64,000 bases of DNA from a virus: positions 4,636 through 68,635 of the IMG/VR virus record IMGVR_UViG_3300032174_000004. One strand, written 5' to 3'. The position numbers and the translations under genes were made by a program. How positions within the stretch are numbered: the stretch's first letter is position 1; the number at the start of each line of letters is the position of its first letter. Shown here in pieces: positions 8,601-17,564 of the stretch. The notes under the pieces were generated by a model that saw only the letters and a program-made list of their open reading frames with translations, searched no databases and was not told the origin of the DNA.

Positions 8601-8940
8601 GATTGACCCCCTCTGTATTAGGCACAAAGATACGCGGGCCGCTTTCCTTCTCAGGCTCCGGCAGGCGGTGACCGAACTTACCGCCCAACTCGAGCCGCTC
8701 CGCGTCCCGCAAGTCGCGGTTGATGTAGTCCTCAACGGCTGTGCGCAGGTTCAGGTTCGCCTTCTGGTCACGCGGATGATCATGCGCATAGCGGTAGTAC
8801 GCCATCACCGTAGTGGCTAGCTGATCCCCGTTCTTCATCAGCTTGCCGATCTCCGGCCCCAGCGTACGCAGCAGCTGCATGAACTCATTCCATGCCATGT
8901 CACGGATACGAACGGCGCCAGTTGGGTTTGGCTCAGTCAT
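8593..8940 (-). CDS. Hypothetical protein
   Basis: Operon packing. Confidence 0.7.
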   Translation of the reverse strand: MTEPNPTGAVRIRDMAWNEFMQLLRTLGPEIGKLMKNGDQLATTVMAYYRYAHDHPRDQKANLNLRTAVEDYINRDLRDAERLELGGKFGHRLPEPEKESGPRIFVPNTEGVNRA

Positions 8941-9436
8941 GGGGTCGGTTCCTGAGTGTCTTTTCTAAGGCCTGTAGCCGCCGAATCTCCTGAAGAGCGC
9001 AATCAACTCCTGTGCCAGTTTGCTGCACCCATTCCTTATTGTGATACGTAAGCTGTTTGCACACCTCTATCCACCCAAAAGCCATGTCGCACTGTTGCCG
9101 ATATTTAGGCTCTGTCGTCTCAATAGAGCGCTTATCGATCTCAAAACCACACCCCGGTTCCGGGCAAAACCACACGTCAGTCAGCGCGTCGGAATCATCC
9201 TCCCGCGCCCTAAGCAGTTCGTGGTGGAAGCAATGCCTCTTTGAGGTCATCCCTCCACGCTCCACGGCGTTTTCCAGCTGATCCTCTAGATCAAGTGGCC
9301 CGTCTTCCTCATAAGCATCCCATTCGCTCCAGTCAGAACCCGCCTCTTGAACCCCGTCCCGTTCATCCTCGCAGTCGCACCACGTCTGCATTCCGCAGTT
9401 GGCGTGATCGCCATGAAGGCAAGCGTCGCACTTCAT
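8933..9436 (-). CDS. Hypothetical Cys/acidic protein
   Basis: Operon packing. Confidence 0.6.
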   Translation of the reverse strand: MKCDACLHGDHANCGMQTWCDCEDERDGVQEAGSDWSEWDAYEEDGPLDLEDQLENAVERGGMTSKRHCFHHELLRAREDDSDALTDVWFCPEPGCGFEIDKRSIETTEPKYRQQCDMAFGWIEVCKQLTYHNKEWVQQTGTGVDCALQEIRRLQALEKTLRNRPHD

Positions 9437-9651
9437 TCGATCTTCTTCCCGCTCATCCCGGTCATCTGCTGCTCACGGCGTAGGTCTAACAGCGTAGCGG
9501 CGATGCCGCGCATCATGTCCGCGTTGCGGGTCGCCCACTGGTTACCTGGCTTCGCCCGTAGGTCATCCAGCCGTGAGGCCTGATCTCGCAAGAACTTGAT
9601 CTGCTCATCCAGCTTGTGTATGTCAACTTTCATGGGTGTTGGTACGCCCAT
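9433..9651 (-). CDS. Hypothetical protein
   Basis: Operon packing. Confidence 0.55.
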   Translation of the reverse strand: MGVPTPMKVDIHKLDEQIKFLRDQASRLDDLRAKPGNQWATRNADMMRGIAATLLDLRREQQMTGMSGKKIE

Positions 9652-10472
9652 TTTTCATATCCGCGGCGGATCTGCTCATGGAAGCGTTTCACAGCTGCAG
9701 GGTCGCGGTCTAGGTCCGAGAGGCTTTCGATGTGGAGGACCTTTTTCGTGTACTGCCGGGCGAGCTCCGGAGTCCACTCTTTGACGAGCGTCCCTTTCGT
9801 TTCTTGGAGCCAGCGGACATAAAGTGGGCTTGTGATAAGCAAGTGAACTGACGAGGAAAATCGCCTCGACCTTGTCGACTTACCAACTCGAGATGCAGGA
9901 TTTCTAGAAGCATCTCCGTATCCAGTGCTGCCCGCCGCCTTTGTTGCAACTGGCGAATCGCAATGCCCATCTTGCTGAGGATTTGCTCCGTCTTGAGGCG
10001 GCTCGCATGGAACTGGAGATTTAGACGCTCTCCGAGAAACAAGCTCCTGCTGCGTTTGGTTGACTGGGGATTCGTCATCATTTAACTCCACAAGCACAAG
10101 AGCAAACATATCTCCAGGCGTGCCATTCTTGCGGCGCGTACACGCACAAAAGGGATGTGTTTCGAATTCGTCATCCAACCACAATGTGATCGACTGCCCG
10201 ATGGCAGAGCTGTCTTTCCAAGACTGTAGCATTACTTCCATATCCAACACTTGTTCCCCATCACACGCCCGCGCGAATACCGCCTTAAACCGCGTCCCCA
10301 TCTTGCCGTTGCGGCGCTGCTGGAACTTCTTGAAAGGATGGATCCGGTCGAAGGCCTCCCCCGCGAGTCTCAACTCAACCGTTCGCCCTGAATCGAGCGA
10401 CCACGTCGCATTTATCAGTTCCACAAGCCCGTGAAACGCGATGATCCCTTCAACCATGGCGCTGGCGCCCAC
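9630..10472 (-). CDS. Hypothetical two-domain protein
   Basis: 280-aa ORF in operon. Confidence 0.7.
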   Translation of the reverse strand: MGASAMVEGIIAFHGLVELINATWSLDSGRTVELRLAGEAFDRIHPFKKFQQRRNGKMGTRFKAVFARACDGEQVLDMEVMLQSWKDSSAIGQSITLWLDDEFETHPFCACTRRKNGTPGDMFALVLVELNDDESPVNQTQQELVSRRASKSPVPCEPPQDGANPQQDGHCDSPVATKAAGSTGYGDASRNPASRVGKSTRSRRFSSSVHLLITSPLYVRWLQETKGTLVKEWTPELARQYTKKVLHIESLSDLDRDPAAVKRFHEQIRRGYEKWAYQHP

Positions 10473-10626
10473 GAGGAATATGCAGAGGGAAAGACATGTG
10501 CTCTACCAGCCGGCGGTTGCGACGCAAGGCGCGCCACTCACGAAATCGAGGCCATACCCAGTCACACACCAACGCGCCAGCGATAAGCCCACCTACCACG
10601 CACCAGAAGATATCCATCTTGCTCAT
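10450..10626 (-). CDS. Small membrane protein
   Basis: IFWCVVGGLIAGALVC transmembrane segment; ATGA overlap. Confidence 0.55.
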   Translation of the reverse strand: MSKMDIFWCVVGGLIAGALVCDWVWPRFREWRALRRNRRLVEHMSFPLHIPRGRQRHG

Positions 10627-12167
10627 GGGGCTTTCTCTTTGTGTTTGGAGCGCCGAATGGTGAGGTACTTGAGGTAGCGCAGCGTCATAAGAGACGGGGC
10701 TGCGGGTTTCGAGTTGCTCCACTCTCGAGGCGGCATCTTCTTGTGCTTGCTCTGGTAGGCATACGCAGCCCAGCCGGGCTTGTAACCTTTCTCCTGGGCG
10801 TACCCAAGCAGCTCCGCGTAGAACGCTCGCTTCACCAACTCCAGCTCTGGCTCGATCTCCTTGATGGGCTGGAGTTCGCCATCGACCACTCGGAACTGCT
10901 TGGCCGTCTTCTCAAAGTAGTAACCACACTCCGGGCAAGTGAGCGAACCCGAAAAGACCAGCGTGCATTTCTTGCAGCGCAACCGCAGGATCTCCTCCTT
11001 GCGCTTACCCGTCCGCGATCTCCCCTTCCCTTTATGACTGACGTTCTTGATACCCTGCAGGCTCCAATACCGATCATCCTCAAAATACCCGTGCTCATAC
11101 ACGGCGCCTGAGTGGTCGTTAATGATGAAGTCTTTCTTGCCAGTAGCATTATCGCGCCGCGCCGCCCGCCCGATCCGCTGCAGATAGCGCACAACGCTCA
11201 AGGTCGGATTAGCAAGCACGACACAGCTGACAGCTGGGATGTCGAGCCCGTACGTTGCGAGATCGACATTGCACAGAACCTGCGTTTCCCCACTCCCTAC
11301 CCGATCGAATACCGCATCGCGATAGTGATCGGGAGCGCCTCCATCGCAGTGCTCTGCAGAGACTCCGACTGCACGAAATTGCTCAGCGAGCCAGATCGAC
11401 TTCGTCACCGAATTCGCAAAGACGATCGTGCGCCGGTCCGAACAACGCTCCATCCATGTCTCCACGATGCCCCCCACAATGGGATCCATCGCAATATCCA
11501 CGTCTTTTTTGTTGTAATCGTCGGCCGTCTTGCGCGCCTTCTGTAGGTCTGGCCGCGAGGGAGCGTAGTGGCGCGAAGGCATCAAGAAGCCCTCCTCGAT
11601 CAACTGCCGCGGCGTCGCTATCTCCAAGAGGCTCTCAAAGCCTATATTGAGCGCGCGCCCATCATGCCGGCCTGGCGTCGCAGTGAGGCCGATGATGGTC
11701 GCATCCGGGAATAGCTCAATCAGCGATGTCCGTAGCGCAGTGATGTACATGTGGGCCTCGTCGAGGATCACATAGTCAATCGGCGGCAGCACCAACTTCT
11801 GGCGCTTGATAACACGCGAAATCAGGGTATCAACAGAGGCAACCTGCAACTGTGAGTACGGATTCGTGCTGCGCTCGCTAGCCAAGATCATGTTGTAATC
11901 GCCAAAGGCCCACGTATCCAGCTTCTGTGCCGTCTGCCGAAGCAGCTCCTTGCGTGGAGCCATGAACATACACGACATGCCACGTTCACGTGCCCGATAC
12001 AGGAGTTCCATCGCCAACAGCGTTTTGCCCGATCCAGTTGGGGACGCCACCAGAAGCCGCCGTACGCGCTCTTGTTCTTTCAATATCCGCTCGATCCCCT
12101 CCCCTTGGAATGGCCACAGGGTCCACGGACGACGGCCCGTACCGAGCGAAGAAGCGTTCTGGCTCAC
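10623..12167 (-). CDS. SF2 DEAH-box helicase with Zn finger (RadD/YejH-like)
   Basis: SPTGSGKT, DEAH, TATP, QRIGR, CKKC...CPEC, GYKPGWA; GTG start inferred. Confidence 0.93.
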   Translation of the reverse strand: MSQNASSLGTGRRPWTLWPFQGEGIERILKEQERVRRLLVASPTGSGKTLLAMELLYRARERGMSCMFMAPRKELLRQTAQKLDTWAFGDYNMILASERSTNPYSQLQVASVDTLISRVIKRQKLVLPPIDYVILDEAHMYITALRTSLIELFPDATIIGLTATPGRHDGRALNIGFESLLEIATPRQLIEEGFLMPSRHYAPSRPDLQKARKTADDYNKKDVDIAMDPIVGGIVETWMERCSDRRTIVFANSVTKSIWLAEQFRAVGVSAEHCDGGAPDHYRDAVFDRVGSGETQVLCNVDLATYGLDIPAVSCVVLANPTLSVVRYLQRIGRAARRDNATGKKDFIINDHSGAVYEHGYFEDDRYWSLQGIKNVSHKGKGRSRTGKRKEEILRLRCKKCTLVFSGSLTCPECGYYFEKTAKQFRVVDGELQPIKEIEPELELVKRAFYAELLGYAQEKGYKPGWAAYAYQSKHKKMPPREWSNSKPAAPSLMTLRYLKYLTIRRSKHKEKAP

Positions 12168-12525
12168 CGAAATTGTCCCACTGGAATGTAGGTTGATATT
12201 GGCCAGGAGGAGAGGGAGGCCCCTCGTAACCACGGACTATTGTTATCCAATAGGCATCATCGCGTAATAGCGCCCTGAGGAGACGCTCGCGCAGCTCAGG
12301 AGTCGTTTTCTTGACGAAGCGAGCGACGACGTGCTGCCCCTCGACTGGCCAGAAGTAGAGCATGGGATCAAATAAGCGCTCCCACCGCAGGGTGTCTTCC
12401 GAGCAGCCCATCCTTTCATCGGTGCACTCTACCCAGATGAGCCGGGGCTCATAGTCCATTCTCAACAGCTCATACAGGCGTTTGCCGCCCTCAGGGAAAA
12501 GCTGCTTGGGGCGGGGCTCACGCAT
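11986..12525 (-). CDS. Hypothetical protein overlapping the helicase 5' end
   Basis: MREPRPKQLF...; start inferred. Confidence 0.5.
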   Translation of the reverse strand: MREPRPKQLFPEGGKRLYELLRMDYEPRLIWVECTDERMGCSEDTLRWERLFDPMLYFWPVEGQHVVARFVKKTTPELRERLLRALLRDDAYWITIVRGYEGPPSPPGQYQPTFQWDNFGEPERFFARYGPSSVDPVAIPRGGDRADIERTRARTAASGGVPNWIGQNAVGDGTPVSGT

Positions 12526-12718
12526 GCGAACTGCCCCAGATTTCCTTCGCGTATTCGCGCAACGCCGCATATACATAGGGTTCCAGCGCAATCCGCTGCT
12601 GCCTACCGTCCTTGGTGACCAGCCAAATTTGGTATCCATCAAACGATGCGTACACCGCGTCCCCTAAGTACACCTCACGCGCTGGCGGCCGTACCCCCAC
12701 ATCAATCTCAGTCGTCAT
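12518..12718 (-). CDS. Small conserved phage protein
   Basis: YLGDAVYASFDGYQIWL...IALEP. Confidence 0.75.
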   Translation of the reverse strand: MTTEIDVGVRPPAREVYLGDAVYASFDGYQIWLVTKDGRQQRIALEPYVYAALREYAKEIWGSSHA

Positions 12719-12722
12719 GGCA

Positions 12723-12956
12723 CTAGCCGACTTTCTGAGTCTTGATCGCTGGATCGCGCCGGATGTGATCGTTGAAGTATTTCCCTTTCGAGTTAGCGAG
12801 CATCAGCTGGTCGTGGTGGTTCTTGACGATCTTGTCGTCCTCAGAGGTGTACTGGTAGATACCCCCTCCAATGAAGCCAATTTCTAACACAGCGGGCGGT
12901 CCCTTATCGAAACCCACTGAGTTGATATTGGAGGAGTCGACTGGCTTGCGGATCAT
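12723..12956 (-). CDS. KTSC-domain protein
   Basis: VDSSNINSVGFD...LEIGF.GG.IYQY...ANSKGKYFNDHIR. Confidence 0.9.
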   Translation of the reverse strand: MIRKPVDSSNINSVGFDKGPPAVLEIGFIGGGIYQYTSEDDKIVKNHHDQLMLANSKGKYFNDHIRRDPAIKTQKVG

Positions 12957-13132
12957 GGATGGCCCTTTGGGTTACGGTCTGTGATGGCGTGATTCGGAAC
13001 CAGCTTGACGTATGTCGTGCCGAGCCGCTCGAATCTCACACGTGAGCGTTTCGGGTTGCGCTTCAGGACTTGACCTGGCCACTTCATACGACCGGCCCAG
13101 CCGTCTGTATGAACCCAAACCGCATCACTCAT
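12953..13132 (-). CDS. 59-aa hypothetical protein (absent from ORF track)
   Basis: MSDAVWVHTDGWAGRMKW...; ATGA overlaps at both ends. Confidence 0.6.
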   Translation of the reverse strand: MSDAVWVHTDGWAGRMKWPGQVLKRNPKRSRVRFERLGTTYVKLVPNHAITDRNPKGHP

Positions 13133-13344
13133 GCTTGTTTCCTAGCCATAAGAAGCGCGGCCTGAGTGCGGTTGACAACCCCTAACACCCTGAAGATGGC
13201 GGTGACGTGAGTTTTCACTGTCTTTTCCGAGCGTCCAAGTTCGAGGGCTATCTCTCTGTTCGTCTTGCCCTGACAAATGCCAGCGAGCACTCGCTCTTCG
13301 TGAGGGGTGAAGGCTCTAGTCGGCTTGTTGCTGCTTGCGTTCAA
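13129..13344 (-). CDS. Stand-alone LuxR-type HTH regulator
   Basis: FTPHEERVL...GKTNREIALELGRSEKTVKTHVTAIFRVLGVVNRTQA; TTG start overlapping the upstream stop. Confidence 0.88.
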   Translation of the reverse strand: MNASSNKPTRAFTPHEERVLAGICQGKTNREIALELGRSEKTVKTHVTAIFRVLGVVNRTQAALLMARKQA

Positions 13345-13496
13345 TCCGTAAGATCCTCTGCGGAAAACAGCCAGCGCAAGAAAGCGTAGAAAAGGATCAA
13401 TCCGACGACGCCCAGCGCCAGCCAGAAATTCATCAAGCACGCAACCAGGAGAATCGCCGAGAGACCGCTGCGGATTATCTCTGCCGCTTTTTTCAT
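13341..13496 (-). CDS. 51-aa membrane protein, probably leaderless (absent from ORF track)
   Basis: MKKAAEIIRSGLSAILLVACLMNFWLALGVVGLILFYAFLRW; ATG 6 nt after the -10 box. Confidence 0.65.
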   Translation of the reverse strand: MKKAAEIIRSGLSAILLVACLMNFWLALGVVGLILFYAFLRWLFSAEDLTD

Positions 13497-13502
13497 GGTA
13501 GT

Positions 13503-13531
13503 ACTTTAGTCCTTGTTACAGCTTGTTGCAA
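13503..13531 (-). promoter_or_regulatory. Phage promoter motif copy
   Basis: TTGCAA-CAAGCTGTAACAAGGAC(17)-TAAAGT. Confidence 0.75.
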
Positions 13532-13654
13532 GCCCGCTCTCCCTCCTGTTTTGCGCTCTTCTAGGGTTAGAAGCGACTACCGAGTTCTCTCGCTGCAGAA
13601 TCGTTGTCTCCAGTCTTCGCAGATCGACTGCGCGGCGGCGCTTGCGTGACTGGT

Positions 13655-15112
13655 TCATTTGCGCTCTTCTTCCTGGATCAGGATCAGCGAGTGCTTTGCC
13701 CTGGTAGTTGCTACATAACAGAGGTTGGCCTCCTGTTGTTTCTGCCAGTCCTGCCGCGCCCACTTCGCAGGGCACCTGTCGCTGTTGAGCCAGTACACCG
13801 TGTCGGCTTCGAGGCCCTTCGCGCGATGGATGGTCGAGAGTACGACTGCCTCCGCAGAACCAGCGGAGAACAAACGCTCAATGGTCTGCATCAGCTCGCC
13901 GATTGTCCTGCTTGTCTCAGGCAACTCGTGTAGCAGGCACAGGATGGTCTCAACCTTGTCATCGATCGCTTCCACCTTCGCCTCGTCCCCCTTCGCCCTG
14001 GCCTTTTCCTTCTCGCGCGTCCGGTAGGTCTCCAAGTTCGCTTCCAACTCGTTGACCGTCTCCGCGTGCATCCGCTTGATGAGCGATGTGAGGCCCTGAC
14101 CAATCTCGCGACCCATGATTCGAGCGGCTCGACCATTGCGCAGCAGCCGGAAGGCGAGCGAGACGATCGGCGCCGTAGTCCGGCAGATGATGAGATCATT
14201 GGGATTGAAATCAGATGGGCCCCACGCAGTACCGCGCGACTCGACACTGCCCTCTGTCGCGCCAGGTGCCGCGAGAATGTGGCTCACCCATTGCCTCGCG
14301 TGATTCACCACGCTTGTTGGGCAACGGTAGCTCACCGACAGCGGCAAGCGAGTGCACTGAAATTCAGACGCGATGAGGTTCATGCTGTCGCTGTCAGCAC
14401 CGCGGAAGCCGTAGATAGCCTGCGCTGGGTCTCCCACCGCCATGATTCGCGACTGAGGAGTTAGGATCTTGCGTAGCAGCGCGCGCTGAATAGCATTCGT
14501 GTCCTGCGCCTCATCCACGAACGTGAAGTCGTACTTCTGCAGCTCGATCCCATCGCGTACCGCGAAATAGAGCAAGTCATCGAAGTCGCACAGGTTGGAC
14601 TTGTTGGACCAGCCGAGAAGCTCGCTCGCGAGCTCCACGGCCGCCTCAATCGTTGCGCCCTTCTTGTCCAACTGCAATTCGTGGTAGTCGACTAGCTCAA
14701 GCCAGTGCTCCGGCAGGTCGGGCAGCAGGCAACCGATCCCGCTCTGGCGGCCGAGGCTGACGAGCCTTGTGATGAACGGCCCGTACATCTCGGCGCGCGC
14801 ACCCTCAAGGTTCTCGTTGACCAGCTTGCGCAGCTTGTTCTGTTCGATGTTGCGTACGCCACGGTCGCGGGTCACGGGCATGAAAGTGAGCGAGTGGAAG
14901 GTGCGGGCATTCACGCCGCGTGCCTTCAGCTCCTCAGCGATCGACTTGTTGAAGGCGAGAAGAAGGCTTGAGCCCTTCGCACGGGCCGAGCACTCCACCA
15001 GCGTGGTGGATTTCCCCGACCCCGCCACCGCCTCCACGATGGCATTCCCAGTCCCATTCTCGACAAAGTCGAAGATCCGTTCTTGGTATGTCGACCAAGT
15101 GCGAGTGAGCAT
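13655..15112 (-). CDS. UvrD/Rep-family SF1 helicase
   Basis: AVAGSGKS, VDEAQD, VGDPAQAIYGFRGA, SYRC, STIHRAKGLE, YVATTRAK. Confidence 0.95.
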   Translation of the reverse strand: MLTRTWSTYQERIFDFVENGTGNAIVEAVAGSGKSTTLVECSARAKGSSLLLAFNKSIAEELKARGVNARTFHSLTFMPVTRDRGVRNIEQNKLRKLVNENLEGARAEMYGPFITRLVSLGRQSGIGCLLPDLPEHWLELVDYHELQLDKKGATIEAAVELASELLGWSNKSNLCDFDDLLYFAVRDGIELQKYDFTFVDEAQDTNAIQRALLRKILTPQSRIMAVGDPAQAIYGFRGADSDSMNLIASEFQCTRLPLSVSYRCPTSVVNHARQWVSHILAAPGATEGSVESRGTAWGPSDFNPNDLIICRTTAPIVSLAFRLLRNGRAARIMGREIGQGLTSLIKRMHAETVNELEANLETYRTREKEKARAKGDEAKVEAIDDKVETILCLLHELPETSRTIGELMQTIERLFSAGSAEAVVLSTIHRAKGLEADTVYWLNSDRCPAKWARQDWQKQQEANLCYVATTRAKHSLILIQEEERK

Positions 15113-15136
15113 TGAGACCTCCTGTGTGACGTAGCT

Positions 15137-15166
15137 AGCGTAACATGATGTAACAAGGAGTCACAA
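15137..15166 (-). promoter_or_regulatory. Promoter for the UvrD gene, with inverted repeat-motif pair in the spacer
   Basis: TTGTGA-18-TACGCT; spacer reads CGTAACAT-GA-TGTAACAA on the + strand. Confidence 0.5.
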
Positions 15167-15365
15167 GCGCTACCGCTCCTCTCCCTTGCGCAGTCCCGCA
15201 AGCCATGCTTGCCACATCAACTCAAGCTCGATCCATCGATATTCGCCGCGCCGGTTGTGCGGCGCGATCACGCTAAACCGATCCTGTTCGTATCCAGGAA
15301 AGGCTTTCTCTACCCACTGCTCAAAGTGGGCGCGCGCTACCTCTTCGGAAAAGCCGTCACTGTAT

Positions 15366-15836
15366 TCAGCCATCGCGTCCTCGTGCAAAGCAGCAATCGG
15401 CCAAAGTAACTTTTTCTTGTTCTGTGAAGTCTCGATATTCGCCAAGGGATTCGTCCCAAGGAGGAACTACGCCGCACCAAACGTGCGTAATGGGGTTGGT
15501 CGATTCCGCCTGGCGAAGCGGTAACTGATGCTGATCGGAGGAAGAATGTTTGGTAGCGGCAGCAGATAACCCAATCTGTCCAGGCCTTTGTGCCAACTTC
15601 AGCGCCTCAGTTGGGCTGACTGGCTTCTGGCCATGAGGAGCGCCGAGAATCCACGCGCGACGAGTTGCAGGCCAGTAGTCCACTCGGCGACGGCCAAATA
15701 GCCGAATGTGCATCGGGTAGATGTTCAACATCACGGGTTTTACTCCGCAGTGTTCACCAAGCCGCTTCAATTCCTGGAAGCAGTTCTCGTTGGCGACTGC
15801 TTTCCGTGCCCGTTGTTCAGGTGTGCGCTTCCCCAT
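15366..15836 (-). CDS. Hypothetical protein
   Basis: GAGGG SD; RRVDYWPATRRAW. Confidence 0.6.
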   Translation of the reverse strand: MGKRTPEQRARKAVANENCFQELKRLGEHCGVKPVMLNIYPMHIRLFGRRRVDYWPATRRAWILGAPHGQKPVSPTEALKLAQRPGQIGLSAAATKHSSSDQHQLPLRQAESTNPITHVWCGVVPPWDESLGEYRDFTEQEKVTLADCCFARGRDG

Positions 15837-15839
15837 TGA

Positions 15840-16140
15840 GACCCTCTTACTTTCAATTCACTAGAAGAGCTTCTTACTCTAACTCTTCTTCTTCTCTTAC
15901 TCTTATCAGGGGGTTTAAAGCCCATGGGACGGCAGGGACCACGGAAGGCCCCCCCAAACCCCCCCAGCCTTTAGCTGGGAGGAGGAAGGCCTCCAGATCC
16001 TGCGTCCCATGGGCTCATGGTCCGTATAGGTTCTTTCGACCGACGACGCACTTATTTAGCCTCGCATTGCCGCTACGGTGTGAACCGCCCCCACGAGGAC
16101 GCACGGCTGTGGAGCTGAGGGGCGGGGAGCGGGGAGCGAA
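15840..16140. other. Structured non-coding region, candidate replication origin / primer RNA
   Basis: Pyrimidine tract 15871-15905; 17-bp inverted repeat 15919-15936/15999-16015 enclosing C7A3C7; second hairpin 16070-16132. Confidence 0.5.
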
Positions 16141-16147
16141 TTAGAGG

Positions 16148-16176
16148 TTGCAACAACCTGTAACAACGTGCAGAAT
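16148..16176 (+). promoter_or_regulatory. Phage promoter motif copy driving a small RNA
   Basis: TTGCAA-CAACCTGTAACAACGTG(17)-CAGAAT. Confidence 0.7.
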
Positions 16177-16182
16177 CTGGTT

Positions 16183-16266
16183 CTGCTGGCGTTGCGCCGC
16201 CGGCTGACCCGAGCCACTGCTACTCACAGTACTCGGCGTGAAACGCCTCCTCTCGGAGGCGTTTTG
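16183..16266 (+). ncRNA. Putative ~80-nt three-hairpin antisense RNA
   Basis: SL1 GCTGGCG/CGCCGGC, SL2 CCGAG.ACTG/CAGT.CTCGG, SL3 terminator AAACGCCTCC/GGAGGCGTTT; bounded by promoter and terminator. Confidence 0.55.
16241..16266 (+). terminator. Intrinsic terminator, possibly bidirectional
   Basis: 10-bp stem AAACGCCTCC-TCTC-GGAGGCGTTT followed by T. Confidence 0.75.
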
Positions 16267-16268
16267 CG

Positions 16269-16298
16269 TTTATACGCCTCCGCTTTCGCTCTCGGCAA
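16269..16298 (-). promoter_or_regulatory. Putative sigma70 promoter firing into the structured region
   Basis: TTGCCG-18-TATAAA; start predicted near 16262. Confidence 0.5.
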
Positions 16299-16467
16299 GC
16301 TTTTTGCGAACGGCCATGTTGATCCAGTGCGTGAGGATTCCAGTCGGAGTCTGGATGATCCGCTCCTCATGGCCGCAGACGGCGCAGCGGTAATCGTTCT
16401 GGATTCGCCCTGATTTCAAGGGGATAGGCTCATGGCGCATGATCTGCCCGCAGTGGTACTCAGCCAT
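16270..16467 (-). CDS. Small Zn-ribbon protein
   Basis: HCG...CAVC. Confidence 0.55.
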   Translation of the reverse strand: MAEYHCGQIMRHEPIPLKSGRIQNDYRCAVCGHEERIIQTPTGILTHWINMAVRKKLAESESGGV

Positions 16468-16684
16468 TATTCGGCAGGATCACTTCGAAGGCCGTATCGC
16501 CGCAGGGAGCAAAATCTGGATTCGGATCGCCGCGAGCGGCCAGGAATAGCCCTCGGCGGTTGCAGTCACAGGCCTCATTGCCTTCTGTCCACCGAAACTC
16601 GGCCCCCTCATCCCAATCCCCTGGCTCGGAGATAACCGCTTTCTCGCCGTCAGAGCGGCTAATGATGGTGACTTCAAAGGTCAT
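16460..16684 (-). CDS. Small conserved phage protein
   Basis: FRWTEGNEACDCNRRGLF. Confidence 0.7.
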   Translation of the reverse strand: MTFEVTIISRSDGEKAVISEPGDWDEGAEFRWTEGNEACDCNRRGLFLAARGDPNPDFAPCGDTAFEVILPNNG

Positions 16685-16745
16685 TTACTGAAGGAATAAC
16701 CCGGCCGGGGCAAAATCAGCGAGTCCGGCCGGGAGGAAGTCCCAT

Positions 16746-17036
16746 TCAGACTGGGCCGCCTTCCTGGCCGCCAGGCCCCGCAGCGCCCCCTATACCGGCC
16801 GATTGCTCGGCGGCCTCTTCCTGAGGGCTCTCAGCGGCTTCCTCGGCTGGGGAGCCTTCTGCCATGCCCGCAGGCATTCCAGACGGGCCTGCGTGGCCGT
16901 GGTAAGGATTGGAGGCGTTCTCCTCGTGTTCCCGGGTCCCGATGGAGTGCGCACCCGAATGGTCGCTGTGGTGAGGCTTATGGCGCCCTGGGTGGCTCTG
17001 CCGCGGATGCTTGACGTGGGGGATCTCGTCACTCAT
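16746..17036 (-). CDS. His-rich/acidic disordered protein
   Basis: HHSDHSGAH, EGSPAEEAAESPQEEAAE. Confidence 0.7.
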   Translation of the reverse strand: MSDEIPHVKHPRQSHPGRHKPHHSDHSGAHSIGTREHEENASNPYHGHAGPSGMPAGMAEGSPAEEAAESPQEEAAEQSAGIGGAAGPGGQEGGPV

Positions 17037-17335
17037 TCCTGGTCTCCCTGGTTGTGGTGGAGCGCAGGCAGCTCGAGCTTCGTGGGATGCTCCGAGAGAT
17101 GCATATCGGATTTGCCCTCATTGCCCTTGCGCGAGAAGCCTGGGCTATCGCCAGCCTCCTCGCCAGCTTCCATGGGTTCGTGCTCGCCGCCCTCGGATTC
17201 GGTCAACCCATCGGTCGGAATATGGGCTCGAGACATGTGATGGTGGGTGCCACGAACGTGCGCACCTGAGTGGTCGGTGTGGTGGCTCAACGGATGACGG
17301 GTGTGGTGGTCGCCCTTGGGCGGTGAGTGCTTCAT
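17033..17335 (-). CDS. His-rich disordered protein
   Basis: HHTDHSGAH; start MKHSPP with GGAGA SD. Confidence 0.7.
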   Translation of the reverse strand: MKHSPPKGDHHTRHPLSHHTDHSGAHVRGTHHHMSRAHIPTDGLTESEGGEHEPMEAGEEAGDSPGFSRKGNEGKSDMHLSEHPTKLELPALHHNQGDQE

Positions 17336-17363
17336 GGGATCTCCAAAGTATGGGAAGGGGGAA

Positions 17364-17564
17364 TCAGCCGATGCCGAACTTGCGCTTTGCAGCCGCGCGA
17401 ATCTGCGGGAGCTTTGAGGAGTGATGCATCGACGCAAGGCCGATAGCTACTTTCGCGTGATTAGCGTCCGGTATCGGGTAACTACCAGGGCCCGGCGCTT
17501 TGCTAGGAACGGCAAAGGTGGATCTGCTGAGCTTCGAACGAGCGGTCGGCGTCAGTTTGGCCAT
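17364..17564 (-). CDS. Small basic DUF6582-like protein
   Basis: LTPTARSKLSRSTFAVP...SYPIPDANHAKVA. Confidence 0.75.
   Translation of the reverse strand: MAKLTPTARSKLSRSTFAVPSKAPGPGSYPIPDANHAKVAIGLASMHHSSKLPQIRAAAKRKFGIG

Noticed and set aside
15665-16144. Plus-strand 159-aa ORF with SSSS and PPKPP resembling a replication-initiator linker
   Set aside because: Antisense to its neighbours, no SD or recognisable domain; explained by the pyrimidine tract and C-runs of the structured region
16700-16733. CCCGGCCGG inverted repeat as a separate ncRNA
   Set aside because: Most simply a terminator-like hairpin after the His-rich genes; no further support
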